Shown here piece after piece: positions 62,256-64,000 of a stretch of 64,000 bases of DNA. Every line of letters starts with the position of its first letter. Within the stretch, counting starts at the first letter, position 1. The DNA is from Eledone cirrhosa (Eukaryota). Both the position numbers and the translations under genes were made by a program. A model generated the notes under the pieces. The model did not search any database and was not told the DNA's origin. It was given only the letters and a program-made list of their open reading frames with translations. The DNA lies in assembly GCA_964016885.1 (NCBI GenBank), contig OZ024744.1:4402001-4466000 (forward strand), given 5' to 3'.

Positions 62256-64000
62256 GAACGATGTTTTGGGGGAAGACAAGGTAGAGAAAGATAGCTTGGT
62301 GAAGAACGAAGTTTTGAGGGAAGACAAGGTAGAGAAAGATAGCTTGGTGAATAACGAAGTTTTGAGGGAAGACAAGGTAGAGAAGGATAGCTTGGTGAAT
62401 AACGAAGTTTTGAGGGGAGACAAGGTAAAGAAAGATAGCTTGGTGAAGAACGATGTTTTGGGGGAAGACAAGGTAGAGAAAGATAGCTTGGTGTAGAACG
62501 AAGTTTTGAGGGAAGACAAGGTAGAGAAAGATAGCTTGGTGAAGAACGAAGTTTTGAGGGAAGACAAGGTAGAGAAAGATAGCTTGGTGAAGAACAAAGT
62601 TTTGAGGGAAGACAATGTAGAGAAGGATAGCTTGTGAAGAACGAAGTTTTGGGGGAAGACAAGGTAGAGAAAGATAGCTTGGTGAAGAACGAACGACGTT
62701 TTGAGGGAAGACAAGGTAGAGAAGGATAGCTAGGTGAAGAACGACGTTTTGAGGGAAGACAAAGTAGAGAACGATAGCTTGATGAAGAACGGAGTTTTGA
62801 GGGAAGACAAGGTAGAGAAAGATAGCTTGGTGAAGAACGAAGTTTTGAGGGAAGACAAGGTAGAGAAAGATAGTTTGGTGAAGAACGAAGTTTTGGGGGG
62901 TAAAAAGGTAGAGAAAGATAGCTTGGTGAAGAACGAAGTTTTGAGGGAAGACAAGGTAGAGAAAGATAGCTTGGTGAAGAACGAAGTTTTGAGGGAAGAC
63001 AAGGTAGAGAAAGATAGCTTGATGAAGAACGAAGTTTTGAGGGAAGACAAGGTAGAGAAAGTTAGCTTGGTGAAGAACGAAGTTTTGAGGGAAGACAAGG
63101 TAGAGTAAGATAGCTTGGTGAAGAACGGAGTTTTGAGGGAAGACAAGGTAGAGAAGGATAGCTTGGTGAAGAATGAAGTTTTGAGGGAAGACAAGGTAGA
63201 GAAAGATAGCTTGATCAAGAACGAAGTTTTGAGGGAAGACAAGGTAGAGAAAGATAGCTTGATCAAGAACGAAGTTTTGAGGGAAGACAAGGTAGAGAAA
63301 GATAGCTTGATCAAGAACGAAGTTTTGGGGGAAGACAAGGTAGAGAAAGATAGCTTGGTGAAGAACGAAGTTTTGAGGGAAGACAAGGTAGAGAAAGATA
63401 GCTTGATGAAGAACGAAGTTTTGAGGGAAGACAAGGTAGAGAAAGATAGCTTGATCAAGAACGAAGTTTTGAGGGAAGACAAGGTAGAGAAGGATAGCTT
63501 GTGAAGAACGAAGTTTTGGGGGAAGACAAGGTAGAGAAAGTTAGCTTGATGAAGAACGTAGTTTTGAGGGAAGACAAGGTAGAGAAAGATAGCTTGGTGA
63601 AGAACGAAGTTTTGAGGGAAGACAAGGTAGAGAAAGATAGTTTGGTGAAAAACGAAGTTTTGGGGGAAAAACAGGTAGAGAAATATAGCTTGGTGAAGAA
63701 CGAAGTTTTGAGGGAAGACAAGGTAGAGAAAGATAGCTTGATGAAGAACGAAGTTTTGAGGGAAGACAAGGTAGAGAAAGTTAGCTTGGTGAAGAACGAA
63801 GTTTTGAGGGAAGACAAGGTAGAGAAAGATAGCTTGGTGAAGAACGAAGTTTTGAGGGAAGACAAGGTAGAGAAAGATAGCTTGGTGAAGAACGAAGTTT
63901 TGAGGGAAGACAAGGTAGAGAAAGATAGCTTGATGAAGAACGAAGTTTTGAGGGAAGACAAGGTAGAGAAAGTTAGCTTGGTGAAGAACGAAGTTTTGAG
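60112..64000. repeat. 2118-bp (44-monomer) tandem duplication, truncated by the window end
   Basis: ORF pairs 60616/62734 and 60997/63115 are offset by 2118, as are the GTGTAG stops ending at 60378 and 62496. Confidence 0.88.

Larger units (their letters stand above)
1..64000. repeat. 48-bp tandem satellite array (~1,330 monomers, single orientation, extends beyond both window ends)
   Basis: Positions 1-48 are the consensus GAGGGAAGACAAGGTAGAGAAAGATAGCTTGGTGAAGAACGAAGTTTT, which repeats to position 64000. Most monomers differ by 0-3 substitutions, with recurrent 47-bp and 52-bp length variants. Consensus composition is A19 G17 T9 C3 (75% purine, ~42% GC). Confidence 0.99.

Noticed and set aside
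1-64000. CRISPR array or other repeat-spacer or cassette system
   Set aside because: There are no unique spacers, since monomers abut directly. There is no leader and no cas, recombinase or reverse transcriptase gene, and variation is inherited in duplicated blocks rather than as independent cassettes.
1-64000. Telomerase-type telomeric repeat
   Set aside because: One strand is G-rich, but the 48-bp unit is longer than typical telomerase-templated repeats, and multi-kb duplications of variant order indicate recombinational copying. A subtelomeric location cannot be excluded.
1-64000. Transposon insertions, inversions, rRNA or tRNA genes, promoters, terminators
   Set aside because: I saw no non-satellite sequence or reverse-orientation monomers anywhere in the window.

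Overview
The whole 64 kb window is one uninterrupted head-to-tail tandem array (satellite DNA) of a 48-bp monomer, consensus GAGGGAAGACAAGGTAGAGAAAGATAGCTTGGTGAAGAACGAAGTTTT. That is about 1,330 copies, and the array runs off both ends of the window. I found no unique sequence, inversion, transposon insertion, RNA gene or credible protein-coding gene. The many long ORFs follow from the monomer itself: 48 is a multiple of 3, one + frame (LREDKVEKDSLVKNEV) has no stop, and all three - frames are stop-free. The informative structure lies in the variant monomers. There is a recurrent 47-bp + 52-bp indel pair that acts as a landmark, nested multi-monomer duplications with offsets of 816, 966, 2028, 2118, 2894, 2935, 3467, 3471 and 6734 bp, and a left-to-right turnover of diagnostic variants that divides the array into domains. 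This pattern is typical of an actively evolving eukaryotic satellite array (centromeric, pericentromeric, subtelomeric or knob-type). The organism, repeat family and function cannot be determined from the sequence alone, and I do not see support for a new gene-encoded system. Offsets were derived by eye from marker variants and the ORF track, and block boundaries are approximate.
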